This document shows positions 54,790 to 64,000 of a DNA stretch of 64,000 nucleotides, piece by piece. Under the pieces are notes generated by a model, which saw nothing but the letters and a program-made list of their open reading frames with translations, did no database searches and was not told where the DNA came from. Position 1 is the stretch's first letter; each line of letters begins with the position of its first letter. The stretch lies in assembly GCF_058153355.1 (NCBI RefSeq), contig NZ_CM177019.1; one strand, written 5' to 3'. The position numbers and the translations under genes were made by a program.

Positions 54790-55017
54790 TTAATAATCAG
54801 ACCGGATTAATGTTGGTGTATTGATTACACCAACATTAATTTTCCTGGAAATATATTCTTTAAGTTCATTTAAAGCCAACTGCCTGACGTTTCTCTCCGA
54901 ATATTCCATTATATTAATGTTGATTTGTTGACCAACTTCGCCCCTGTATGCTGGTATCAACTCTCTTTTAGACTGAACAAGCCACTCCGCCCCCTCCCTT
55001 TGCGGAGCAGCCTGCAT
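54790..55017 (-). CDS. ykgL: Hypothetical 75-aa protein (YkgL-like); questionable gene
   Basis: 75-aa ORF at the position I recall for K-12 ykgL, but its C-terminal 12 codons are encoded by the perfect palindrome listed above. Confidence 0.35.
   Translation of the reverse strand: MQAAPQREGAEWLVQSKRELIPAYRGEVGQQININIMEYSERNVRQLALNELKEYISRKINVGVINTPTLIRSDY
54806..54843 (+). terminator. Perfect hairpin downstream of ykgM-ykgO
   Basis: 15-bp perfect stem attaatgttggtgta / tacaccaacattaat with a 5-nt loop followed by TTT; a second small palindrome tctgattaataatcaga lies just upstream at 54785-54801. Confidence 0.5.
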
Positions 55018-55772
55018 TTACACTCAAACTGTTAAGATGATAAATGTGGTAAATCTGTTGGTACTAACATAAAAACGTTTACGCCACAGGAACAGCCTGA
55101 TCCACCGGTAACCCCATCGCCGACGTTCGAGTGCCAGTTAGAGTAACGCGCACAGATGACTGCACGCAGTGCCCTGTCAAAGAGGCCATCGTTCCTGTGA
55201 CAGCTGGCAGCCTTCGTTTAACTTCACTTAATTTGGCTCTTGGGGGGCTTACCGAACAGATGACGTAGTCACACCTATTCAATTTTTCACCACTTATTGG
55301 AGTAAACACCCATAACCATTTTGTGCGGCATGTTAATCCATTAAAACACCTTATTGATTGTCAAATATTCTTTAATGATGACCAACAATAGTTTTATGCT
55401 CTATTTATTATCATTAAAACTTGTTTTTTTACTAGTCGAGCACAAAACGCATTAAGACTATTCCTAACACCTCAGGGCAAAGTTCCTGGCTAATATAAAA
55501 TGCAAGTAAGAATTGAACGTTATATTGCCAATAACCTTATGAAACTGAATGTCTTTTTCTTCTTATCAAAAAAGCAATATTTTCATTTTTAGTAAATATT
55601 GACTTAACCATGGAATTCCTTTTCTGTTCACATATTGACACTCATCAGGAAAAAAACATAAATTTAAGCCCAATCGAAAATAATTAAAACTTAATCTCGT
55701 TTAACCTATATTGATATGTGCTACGTATCTTATTTACTTCCGATTTACTAACAACACTGAATGTACCTGTAA

Positions 55773-56384
<612 letters not shown>

Positions 56385-56458
56385 ACTCCAGGCAAGTTAG
56401 TTTTAAAAAATGACTCACAGGGACATCATGTCCTCAATTTAACTCGGGAAGAAAAGCA

Positions 56459-57046
56459 ATGAAAAAAAAGGTTCTGGCAATAGCTCTGGTAACGGTGTTT
56501 ACCGGCATGGGTGTGGCGCAGGCTGCTGACGTAACAGCTCAGGCTGTAGCGACCTGGTCGGCAACAGCCAAAAAAGACACCACCAGTAAACTGGTGGTGA
56601 CGCCACTCGGTAGCCTGGCGTTCCAGTATGCCGAAGGCATTAAAGGTTTTAACTCACAGAAAGGTCTATTTGACGTGGCTATTGAGGGTGACTCAACGGC
56701 TACCGCCTTTAAACTGACCTCACGTCTTATCACCAACACCTTAACCCAGTTGGATACCTCAGGTTCCACACTGAATGTGGGCGTGGATTATAACGGCGCG
56801 GCAGTCGAAAAAACTGGCGATACCGTGATGATCGATACCGCCAACGGCGTACTGGGCGGCAACCTTAGCCCGCTGGCTAACGGCTACAATGCCAGCAATC
56901 GTACCACCGCACAGGATGGTTTCACCTTCTCCATCATCAGCGGTACCACCAATGGTACCACCGCAGTAACCGATTACAGCACTCTACCGGAAGGCATCTG
57001 GAGCGGCGACGTTAGCGTACAGTTCGACGCTACCTGGACCAGTTGA
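56459..57046 (+). CDS. ecpA: E. coli common pilus major subunit EcpA (MatB)
   Basis: 195 aa, signal peptide (..[10 protein letters not shown]), Thr/Gly-rich pilin. Confidence 0.85.
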   Translation: MKKKVLAIALVTVFTGMGVAQAADVTAQAVATWSATAKKDTTSKLVVTPLGSLAFQYAEGIKGFNSQKGLFDVAIEGDSTATAFKLTSRLITNTLTQLDTSGSTLNVGVDYNGAAVEKTGDTVMIDTANGVLGGNLSPLANGYNASNRTTAQDGFTFSIISGTTNGTTAVTDYSTLPEGIWSGDVSVQFDATWTS

Positions 57047-57103
57047 TCTCTTTGATGTACCAGCAGGGGTAGCCCCCCTGCTTTATTCCTGGACGGAATT
57101 GTT

Positions 57104-57772
57104 ATGAAAAAGCACCTTCTGCCTCTCGCTCTGCTGTTTGCCGGAATATCTCCGGCCCAGGCGCTGGATGTCGGCGATATATCATCGTTTATGAACAGTG
57201 ACAGCAGCTCGCTGAGCAAAACAATCAAAAACAGTACCGACAGTGGTCGCCTCATCAATATCCGTCTCGAACGGCTCTCTTCACCGCTTGACGACGGGCA
57301 GGTTATCGCAATGGACAAGCCGGATGAGTTGCTACTCACTCCCGCCAGCTTGCTGCTACCCGCCCAAGCCAGCGAAGTGATCCGCTTCTTCTATAAGGGA
57401 CCAGCAGATGAAAAAGAGCGCTACTACCGCATTGTCTGGTTTGATCAGGCCCTCAGTGATGCGCAGCGCGATAATGCCAACCGCAGCGCTGTAGCCACAG
57501 CTTCCGCCCGCATCGGCACCATTCTGGTCGTCGCCCCCCGCCAGGCGAACTACCGCTTTCAGTACGCCAACGGCTCCCTGACAAATACAGGAAATGCGAC
57601 GCTGCGGATCCTCGCCTACGGCCCCTGCCTGAAAGCCGCCAATGGTAAGGAGTGTAAAGAGAACTACTACCTGATGCCGGGCAAGTCGCGTCGTTTTAAC
57701 CGCGTGGACACGGCGGATAACAAAGGACGGGTTGCACTTTGGCAGGGTGATAAGTTCATTCCCGTGAAATAG
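57104..57772 (+). CDS. ecpB: Pilus chaperone EcpB
   Basis: 222 aa with signal peptide; operon position. Confidence 0.8.
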   Translation: MKKHLLPLALLFAGISPAQALDVGDISSFMNSDSSSLSKTIKNSTDSGRLINIRLERLSSPLDDGQVIAMDKPDELLLTPASLLLPAQASEVIRFFYKGPADEKERYYRIVWFDQALSDAQRDNANRSAVATASARIGTILVVAPRQANYRFQYANGSLTNTGNATLRILAYGPCLKAANGKECKENYYLMPGKSRRFNRVDTADNKGRVALWQGDKFIPVK

Positions 57773-57797
57773 ATAGCTGTGCAGATGGATAACGACA

Positions 57798-60323
57798 ATG
57801 CCTTTACGACGGTTCTCCCCAGGACTGAAAGCCCAGTTTGCCTTCGGCATGGTCTTTTTGTTCGTTCAGCCCGATGCCAGCGCTGCTGACATAAGCGCGC
57901 AGCAAATAGGTGGGGTGATTATTCCGCAGGCCTTCAGTCAGGCGCTTCAGGACGGCATGAGCGTCCCGCTCTATATTCATCTTGCCGGTAGCCAGGGTCG
58001 CCAGGACGATCAGCGAATCGGCAGCGCTTTTATCTGGTTGGATGATGGACAGTTACGCATCCGGAAAATACAGCTGGAAGAGAGTGAAGATAACGCCAGT
58101 GTCAGCGAACAAACTCGACAGCAGCTGATGGCTCTGGCGAACACCCCGTTCAATGAGGCCCTTACCATCCCCCTGACTGACAACGCGCAGTTGGATCTCA
58201 GCTTGCGCCAACTGCTGCTGCAGCTGGTGGTCAAGCGCGAAGCACTGGGCACCGTACTACGCTCACGTAGCGAAGACATCGGGCAATCCAGTGTTAACAC
58301 CCTCAGCAGTAACCTGAGCTATAACTTCGGCATCTATAACAACCAGTTGCGTAACGGCGGGAACAATACATCCAGCTATCTGTCGCTAAATAACGTGACA
58401 GCACTGCGCGAACATCATGTGGTACTCGACGGCTCGCTGTATGGGATCGGTAGCGGTCAACAGGACAGTGAATTATATAAAGCGATGTATGAACGCGATT
58501 TTGCTGGTCACCGATTTGCCGGTGGAATGCTCGACACCTGGAACTTGCAGTCCTTAGGGCCGATGACCGCCATTTCAGCAGGGAAGATTTACGGCCTTTC
58601 CTGGGGAAACCAGGCCAGCTCCACCATCTTCGACAGCAGCCAGTCGGCCACGCCAGTGATCGCCTTTTTACCTGCAGCGGGCGAAGTACATCTCACCCGT
58701 GATGGGCGGTTACTGAGCGTTCAGAACTTCACCATGGGCAATCATGAAGTGGATACCCGGGGTCTACCGTACGGTATTTACGATGTGGAAGTTGAGGTCA
58801 TCGTTAACGGTCGCGTGATTAGCAAACGCACCCAGCGGGTCAATAAGCTGTTTAGCCGGGGGCGCGGCGTCGGTGCGCCACTGGCGTGGCAAATATGGGG
58901 CGGTAACTTTCATATGGATCGCTGGTCGGAAAACGGGAAAAAGACGCGACCAGCTAAAGATAGCTGGCTAGCAGGTGCCTCGAGCTCCGGCTCACTGAGT
59001 ACGCTTAGCTGGGCGGCAACGGGATATGGATACGATAATCAGGCCGTGGGTGAAACCCGTCTGACGCTGCCGCTTGGGGGGGCGATCAACGTTAACCTGC
59101 AAAATATGCTGGCCAGTGACAGCTCATGGAGCAGCATCGGCAGCATCAGCGCCACTCTACCGGGAGGCTTTAGTTCGCTATGGGTTAATCAGGAAAAAAC
59201 CCGCATTGGCAATCAATTGCGACGTAGCGATGCCGACAACCGTGCAATCGGCGGCACACTCAACCTGAACTCACTGTGGTCGAAGCTGGGCACATTCAGC
59301 ATCAGCTACAATGATGACCGCCGTTACAACAGCCATTATTACACGGCAGATTACTATCAAAATGTCTACAGCGGTACCTTTGGTTCGCTTGGCCTGCGAG
59401 CCGGTATTCAGCGCTATAACAACGGCGACAGCAACGCCAATACAGGGAAATATATCGCTCTCGATCTCTCGCTACCACTGGGCAACTGGTTTAGCGCAGG
59501 GATGACTCATCAAAACGGCTACACCATGGCAAACCTGTCAGCACGCAAGCAGTTTGATGAAGGGACCATTCGCACTGTTGGTGCCAATCTGTCACGAGCC
59601 ATCTCCGGCGATACCGGTGATGACAAAACCCTCAGCGGTGGGGCGTATGCACAGTTCGACGCTCGTTACGCCAGCGGAACGCTGAACGTCAATAGCGCGG
59701 CGGACGGCTACGTCAATACCAACTTAACTGCCAATGGCAGCGTTGGCTGGCAGGGTAAAAACATTGCTGCCAGCGGGCGGACTGATGGCAACGCCGGGGT
59801 GATATTCAATACCGGGCTGGAGGACGACGGTCAGCTCAGCGCCAAAATCAACGGACGGATTTTCCCGCTTAACGGCAAGCGTAACTATCTCCCGCTCTCT
59901 CCGTATGGGAGATATGAGGTGGAGTTGCAGAACAGCAAAAACTCACTCGACAGCTACGATATCGTCAGCGGCCGCAAAAGCCATCTGACCCTCTATCCAG
60001 GCAATGTCGCCGTCATTGAGCCAGAGGTGAAGCAGATGGTTACCGTCTCCGGTCGTATCCGTGCAGAAGACGGCACACTGCTGGCTAACGCACGGATTAA
60101 CAACCATATCGGCCGAACCCGAACCGATGAAAACGGCGAGTTTGTCATGGACGTGGATAAGAAATACCCCACTATCGATTTTCGCTACAGTGGCAATAAA
60201 ACCTGCGAAGTGGCACTTGAACTCGACCAGGCGCGCGGTGCCGTCTGGGTCGGTGATGTGGTCTGCAGCGGCCTCTCATCGTGGGCGGCGGTGACGCAGA
60301 CAGGAGAAGAGAATGAGAGTTAA
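57798..60323 (+). CDS. ecpC: Outer-membrane usher EcpC
   Basis: 841 aa with signal peptide, large beta-rich protein; operon position. Confidence 0.85.
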   Translation: MPLRRFSPGLKAQFAFGMVFLFVQPDASAADISAQQIGGVIIPQAFSQALQDGMSVPLYIHLAGSQGRQDDQRIGSAFIWLDDGQLRIRKIQLEESEDNASVSEQTRQQLMALANTPFNEALTIPLTDNAQLDLSLRQLLLQLVVKREALGTVLRSRSEDIGQSSVNTLSSNLSYNFGIYNNQLRNGGNNTSSYLSLNNVTALREHHVVLDGSLYGIGSGQQDSELYKAMYERDFAGHRFAGGMLDTWNLQSLGPMTAISAGKIYGLSWGNQASSTIFDSSQSATPVIAFLPAAGEVHLTRDGRLLSVQNFTMGNHEVDTRGLPYGIYDVEVEVIVNGRVISKRTQRVNKLFSRGRGVGAPLAWQIWGGNFHMDRWSENGKKTRPAKDSWLAGASSSGSLSTLSWAATGYGYDNQAVGETRLTLPLGGAINVNLQNMLASDSSWSSIGSISATLPGGFSSLWVNQEKTRIGNQLRRSDADNRAIGGTLNLNSLWSKLGTFSISYNDDRRYNSHYYTADYYQNVYSGTFGSLGLRAGIQRYNNGDSNANTGKYIALDLSLPLGNWFSAGMTHQNGYTMANLSARKQFDEGTIRTVGANLSRAISGDTGDDKTLSGGAYAQFDARYASGTLNVNSAADGYVNTNLTANGSVGWQGKNIAASGRTDGNAGVIFNTGLEDDGQLSAKINGRIFPLNGKRNYLPLSPYGRYEVELQNSKNSLDSYDIVSGRKSHLTLYPGNVAVIEPEVKQMVTVSGRIRAEDGTLLANARINNHIGRTRTDENGEFVMDVDKKYPTIDFRYSGNKTCEVALELDQARGAVWVGDVVCSGLSSWAAVTQTGEENES

Positions 60324-61956
60324 CCTACTGATAGCGATCATAATCTTTGCGCTATTCTGGCCAGCAACCGCGCTCAGAGCTGCAGTGAGCAAAACAATCT
60401 GGGCGGATGCACCGGCACGCGAGTTTGTGTTTGTCGAAAACAACTCAGACGACAACTTTTTCGTCACGCCTGGCGGGGCGCTGGATCCGCGCCTGACCGG
60501 TGCCAACCGCTGGACCGGTTTAAAATACAATGGTTCAGGAACCATCTATCAGCAAAGCCTCGGCTACATTGATAACGGTTACAACACCGGCCTTTATACC
60601 AACTGGAAGTTTGATATGTGGCTGGAAAATTCACCAGTTTCATCTCCTTTAACTGGCTTACGCTGCATCAACTGGTACGCAGGGTGTAATATGACCACCA
60701 GTCTTATCCTGCCGCAAACTACCGACGCCAGTGGATTTTATGGCGCGACGGTGACCAGCGGCGGCGCGAAGTGGATGCACGGCATGTTGTCAGACGCATT
60801 TTACCAGTATATGCAACAAATGCCCGTCGGCAGCAGCTTTACAATGACCATCAATACCTGCCAGACCTCAGTGAACTATGACGCCAGCAGCGGCGCGCGT
60901 TGTAAGGATCAGGCCTCCGGAAACTGGTATGTTCGCAATGTCACCCATACAAAAGCAGCAAATCTGCGGTTGATAAATACCCACTCGCTGGCGGAGGTGT
61001 TTATCAACAGCGACGGGGTGCCGACTCTGGGCGAAGGGAACGCCGACTGCCGGACGCAAACCATCGGCAGCCGTTCAGGATTAAGTTGTAAGATGGTTAA
61101 CTATACCCTGCAAACAAACGGGCTCAGCAACACCTCAATCCATATCTTCCCGGCGATCGCCAACTCGTCGTTGGCCTCGGCCGTCGGGGCGTACGATATG
61201 CAGTTCAGTCTGAATGGCAGTTCATGGAAACCGGTGAGCAATACCGCCTATTACTACACCTTCAACGAGATGAAGAGCGCAGACTCGATCTATGTTTTCT
61301 TCTCGAGCAACTTCTTTAAGCAGATGGTGAACCTGGGGATCAGCGATATCAACACCAAAGATCTATTCAACTTTCGCTTTCAGAACACCACATCACCGGA
61401 GTCTGGCTGGTATGAATTTTCTACCTCCAACACGCTGATTATCAAACCCCGTGATTTCAGCATCAGTATTATCTCCGATGAATATACTCAGACACCGTCG
61501 CGAGAGGGATATGTCGGCAGCGGCGAACCGGCACTCGATTTCGGCTATATCGTAACCACCAGCGGTAAAACAGCTGCCGACGAAGTGCTGATCAAGGTGA
61601 CCGGACCCGCGCAGGTGATTGGCGGACGCTCCTATTGTGTCTTCAGCTCCGATGACGGTAAGGCGAAAGTACCATTCCCGGCGATGCTTTCCTTTATTAC
61701 CCGCAACGGAGCTACAAAAACCTACGATGCCGGGTGCGATGATAGCTGGCGGGATATGACCGATGCGCTGTGGCTAACCACACCGTGGACTGATATCTCT
61801 GGCGAAGTGGGGCAGATGGATAAGACCACTGTCAAATTTTCGATTCCAATGGATAACGCCATTTCGCTGCGTACGATAGATGATAACGGCTGGTTTGGCG
61901 AAGTTAGCGCTTCAGGAGAGATTCATGTTCAGGCGACATGGCGTAACATTAACTAA
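60313..61956 (+). CDS. ecpD: Pilus tip adhesin EcpD
   Basis: 547 aa with signal peptide; overlaps ecpC by 11 nt. Confidence 0.8.
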   Translation: MRVNLLIAIIIFALFWPATALRAAVSKTIWADAPAREFVFVENNSDDNFFVTPGGALDPRLTGANRWTGLKYNGSGTIYQQSLGYIDNGYNTGLYTNWKFDMWLENSPVSSPLTGLRCINWYAGCNMTTSLILPQTTDASGFYGATVTSGGAKWMHGMLSDAFYQYMQQMPVGSSFTMTINTCQTSVNYDASSGARCKDQASGNWYVRNVTHTKAANLRLINTHSLAEVFINSDGVPTLGEGNADCRTQTIGSRSGLSCKMVNYTLQTNGLSNTSIHIFPAIANSSLASAVGAYDMQFSLNGSSWKPVSNTAYYYTFNEMKSADSIYVFFSSNFFKQMVNLGISDINTKDLFNFRFQNTTSPESGWYEFSTSNTLIIKPRDFSISIISDEYTQTPSREGYVGSGEPALDFGYIVTTSGKTAADEVLIKVTGPAQVIGGRSYCVFSSDDGKAKVPFPAMLSFITRNGATKTYDAGCDDSWRDMTDALWLTTPWTDISGEVGQMDKTTVKFSIPMDNAISLRTIDDNGWFGEVSASGEIHVQATWRNIN

Positions 61957-62635
61957 GGCCCTGCTGACAGTGGTCTGTATGCTGGCGACACCTTTGACAC
62001 AGGCGATTTCGGTCGGCAATCTGACATTTTCGCTACCGTCCGAGACTGACTTTGTCAGCAAACGTGTAGTGAATAACAACAAAAGCGCGCGGATATACCG
62101 TATTGCCATCAGTGCTATCGATAGCCCGGGCAGCAGTGAATTGCGCACCCGACCGGTGGATGGTGAACTGCTTTTCGCTCCCCGCCAGCTGGCGTTGCAG
62201 GCTGGTGAGAGCGAGTATTTTAAATTTTACTATCATGGTCCACAGGATAACCGCGAGCGCTACTACCGGGTCTCATTTCGCGAGGTCCCCACTCGCAACC
62301 AGACAAGACGCAGCCCAACCGGCGGCGAGGTCAGCACGGAGCCGGTGGTGGTGATGGATACCATTCTGGTAGTACGACCACGTCAGGTTCAGTTTAAATG
62401 GTCCTTCGACCAGGTGACAGGAACGGTAAGTAACACCGGCAACACGTGGTTTAAGCTACTGATTAAACCAGGATGTGATTCGACCGAAGAGGAAGGCGAC
62501 GCCTGGTATCTACGCCCAGGGGACGTGGTTCATCAGCCTGAGCTACGTCAGCCGGGGAATCATTATCTGGTCTATAACGACAAATTCATTAAGATTAGCG
62601 ATTCCTGTCCGGCTAAGCCCCCTTCGGCAGACTAA
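61925..62635 (+). CDS. ecpE: Pilus chaperone EcpE
   Basis: Start at ATG 61925 ([14 protein letters not shown]) gives 236 aa, overlapping the ecpD 3' end; paralog of EcpB. Confidence 0.75.
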   Translation: MFRRHGVTLTKALLTVVCMLATPLTQAISVGNLTFSLPSETDFVSKRVVNNNKSARIYRIAISAIDSPGSSELRTRPVDGELLFAPRQLALQAGESEYFKFYYHGPQDNRERYYRVSFREVPTRNQTRRSPTGGEVSTEPVVVMDTILVVRPRQVQFKWSFDQVTGTVSNTGNTWFKLLIKPGCDSTEEEGDAWYLRPGDVVHQPELRQPGNHYLVYNDKFIKISDSCPAKPPSAD

Positions 62636-62948
62636 GACTTATCCATCGGACGAGGGAAGAATTCCACCTCAGAGACTCAAATAATCGTTTAAATGATGTG
62701 GAAGCGATCGTCAATGTCACCTGTAATGATGGGCTTTCTCATATGTACACCATAGTGTTCAGGAGACACGGAAAAGTGCCAGGCAGCCTGCTAACGAGTG
62801 GTTTCTTCACGAATTAGTACGTAAAATCGGTAACGGCTGGAAATCATTCAATACTCACACTATCGAAAGTTCCCCAGCCAACCGCGGTACGTTCTTACAT
62901 ACGATGTACCGCTGTTCTCTTTACGATTTATAGCTGTACTGGTGAATT

Positions 62949-63278
62949 ATGAGCAATCTGAATCCATGCATGACGTGTGGTGCCTGTTGTGCATTTTTCC
63001 GCGTCTCTTTTTACTGGGCCGAAGCCGACGATGCTGGCGGTACCATTCCCGCCAGGCTCACTGAACAAATATCCCCTTTTCACCGATGCATGAGCGGTAC
63101 CAATCAGAAAAACCCCAGATGTATTGCCCTTGCAGGAACACCGGGCAAAAATGCCTGCTGCACGATATATAAAAATCGATCGTCCACGTGCAGAGAATTC
63201 GCCATGTCTGGTGAGAACGGAGAAGTCAATGAGGCTTGCAATCGTGCAAGAGCTAAATACGGGCTAACACCGTTATAA
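62949..63278 (+). CDS. ykgJ: Cys-rich zinc/iron-chelating (YkgJ/CxxCxxCC) family protein
   Basis: 109 aa with [11 protein letters not shown] and CxxxxC motifs; position matches K-12. Confidence 0.8.
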   Translation: MSNLNPCMTCGACCAFFRVSFYWAEADDAGGTIPARLTEQISPFHRCMSGTNQKNPRCIALAGTPGKNACCTIYKNRSSTCREFAMSGENGEVNEACNRARAKYGLTPL

Positions 63279-63300
63279 AGATGCAATAATTAATTGCACT

Positions 63301-63334
63301 GCCCCGCCAACTGTAATAGCGGGGCTTCATTTTT
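63301..63334 (+). terminator. Intrinsic terminator after ykgJ
   Basis: Stem gccccgc / gcggggc with an 11-nt loop followed by ttcattttt, 23 bp after the stop. Confidence 0.5.
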
Positions 63335-63488
63335 CAGGGACAACAAAAACCGATTCGTCTTCCATTTTCCAGCAACAATGCCTCTTCTTCTGTAGCGTTC
63401 TCCGGATCTACATCATCTTGAAGTAGCGCGATATGATCTCTGGCTTTCTGCATCAGAATATAAAAGCACGTTTTTATCATTCAATGCA

Positions 63489-64000
63489 TTATCTATTTGA
63501 GCCTAAAGGGATCTCAGGGTCTGGCTCATGGGTAATTCTGTTTCGTAAATCTCTGCGAATAATTTCAATAGACCAGAACCAGACTAAATGTCCAAAAATT
63601 TCAGAGACATTCTCATACCACGGAAGATCAAAGAGAGGTGGCGTAAGTCCCATGAGAGGGAATGAAATCATATGAACAAAAAGTTGTGCTAAAGCACCTG
63701 CCAGTAAGCCCTGCCAGAGTTTAATTTTTGGAAATACTTCAGCGACCACACAATAACCGACAGCAAACACTATCGAAAAGATAATGTGCGTAACACCAAC
63801 CCAGTTAAAGACATGCCCGGCAAAGGTATAAACAGCCGCATTGGGATCTGTCAGCCCCAGCCAGTCTCGAAGAAAAATATACGGAGGATTGAGAAAATTA
63901 CGGGAGCAATCAATTTGCCCAGCAGCCCTGATTAATGATTCCGGGCCACACGCTGCATTAAACATATCCACCGGGCTACGTGGCGGCAATGGAACTTCAG
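63489..64000 (-). CDS. yagU: Inner-membrane DUF1440 protein YagU (5' end beyond window)
   Basis: ORF runs to the window edge; hydrophobic helices; the N-terminus appears to lie beyond position 64000. Confidence 0.7.

Noticed and set aside
55079-55309. 76-aa minus-strand ORF
   Set aside because: Composition is not protein-like and there is no RBS; the interval is better explained as a structured non-coding segment.

Overview
This window reads as an Escherichia coli chromosomal segment, the reverse complement of the K-12 yagU-ecp-ykgM-eaeH-rcl-ykgEFG-bet-yahABCDEFGIJ region, with several accessory insertions. Gene identities come from reading the translated ORFs and recalled family motifs and K-12 gene order; no database search was run. 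Core genes recognised: a 4-gene CUT2 sugar ABC transporter (85-4521), yahJ/yahI, yahG-yahD, yahC, yahB, pdeL(yahA), betT and betIBA, ykgH, ykgGFE (lutCBA-like), rclR-rclABC, ykgA, eaeH/fdeC, ykgR, the Zur-box-controlled ykgM-ykgO pair, ykgL, ecpRABCDE, ykgJ and partial yagU. Accessory or mobile content: (1) an IS66-family element (4899-7367) with an 8-bp target duplication, splitting an ASCH-like gene; (2) an IS110-family IS621-like element (10379-11658) inserted at a CT core inside a REP of a BIME array between yahG and yahI, whose left non-coding end carries a candidate bridge (guide) RNA; (3) an AT-rich island (about 26.2-32.3 kb) between betA and ykgH carrying a FimB/FimE-like recombinase, a 16-bp inverted-repeat invertible switch overlapping the recombinase 3' end, LuxR-type regulators and an autotransporter, resembling the ipuA-ipuS-ipuR-upaE phase-variation locus; (4) a 6-gene oxidoreductase cluster (two aldo-keto reductases, two LysR regulators, a hydrolase, an OYE flavin reductase) between eaeH and ykgR. 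The yah locus carries three lesions (IS621 insertion, a +1 frameshift near the 3' end of yahJ, an in-frame TAA in yahD) and eaeH is split by a frameshift. No CRISPR array, rRNA or tRNA was seen. Most strongly antisense ORFs in the six-frame track are judged spurious.
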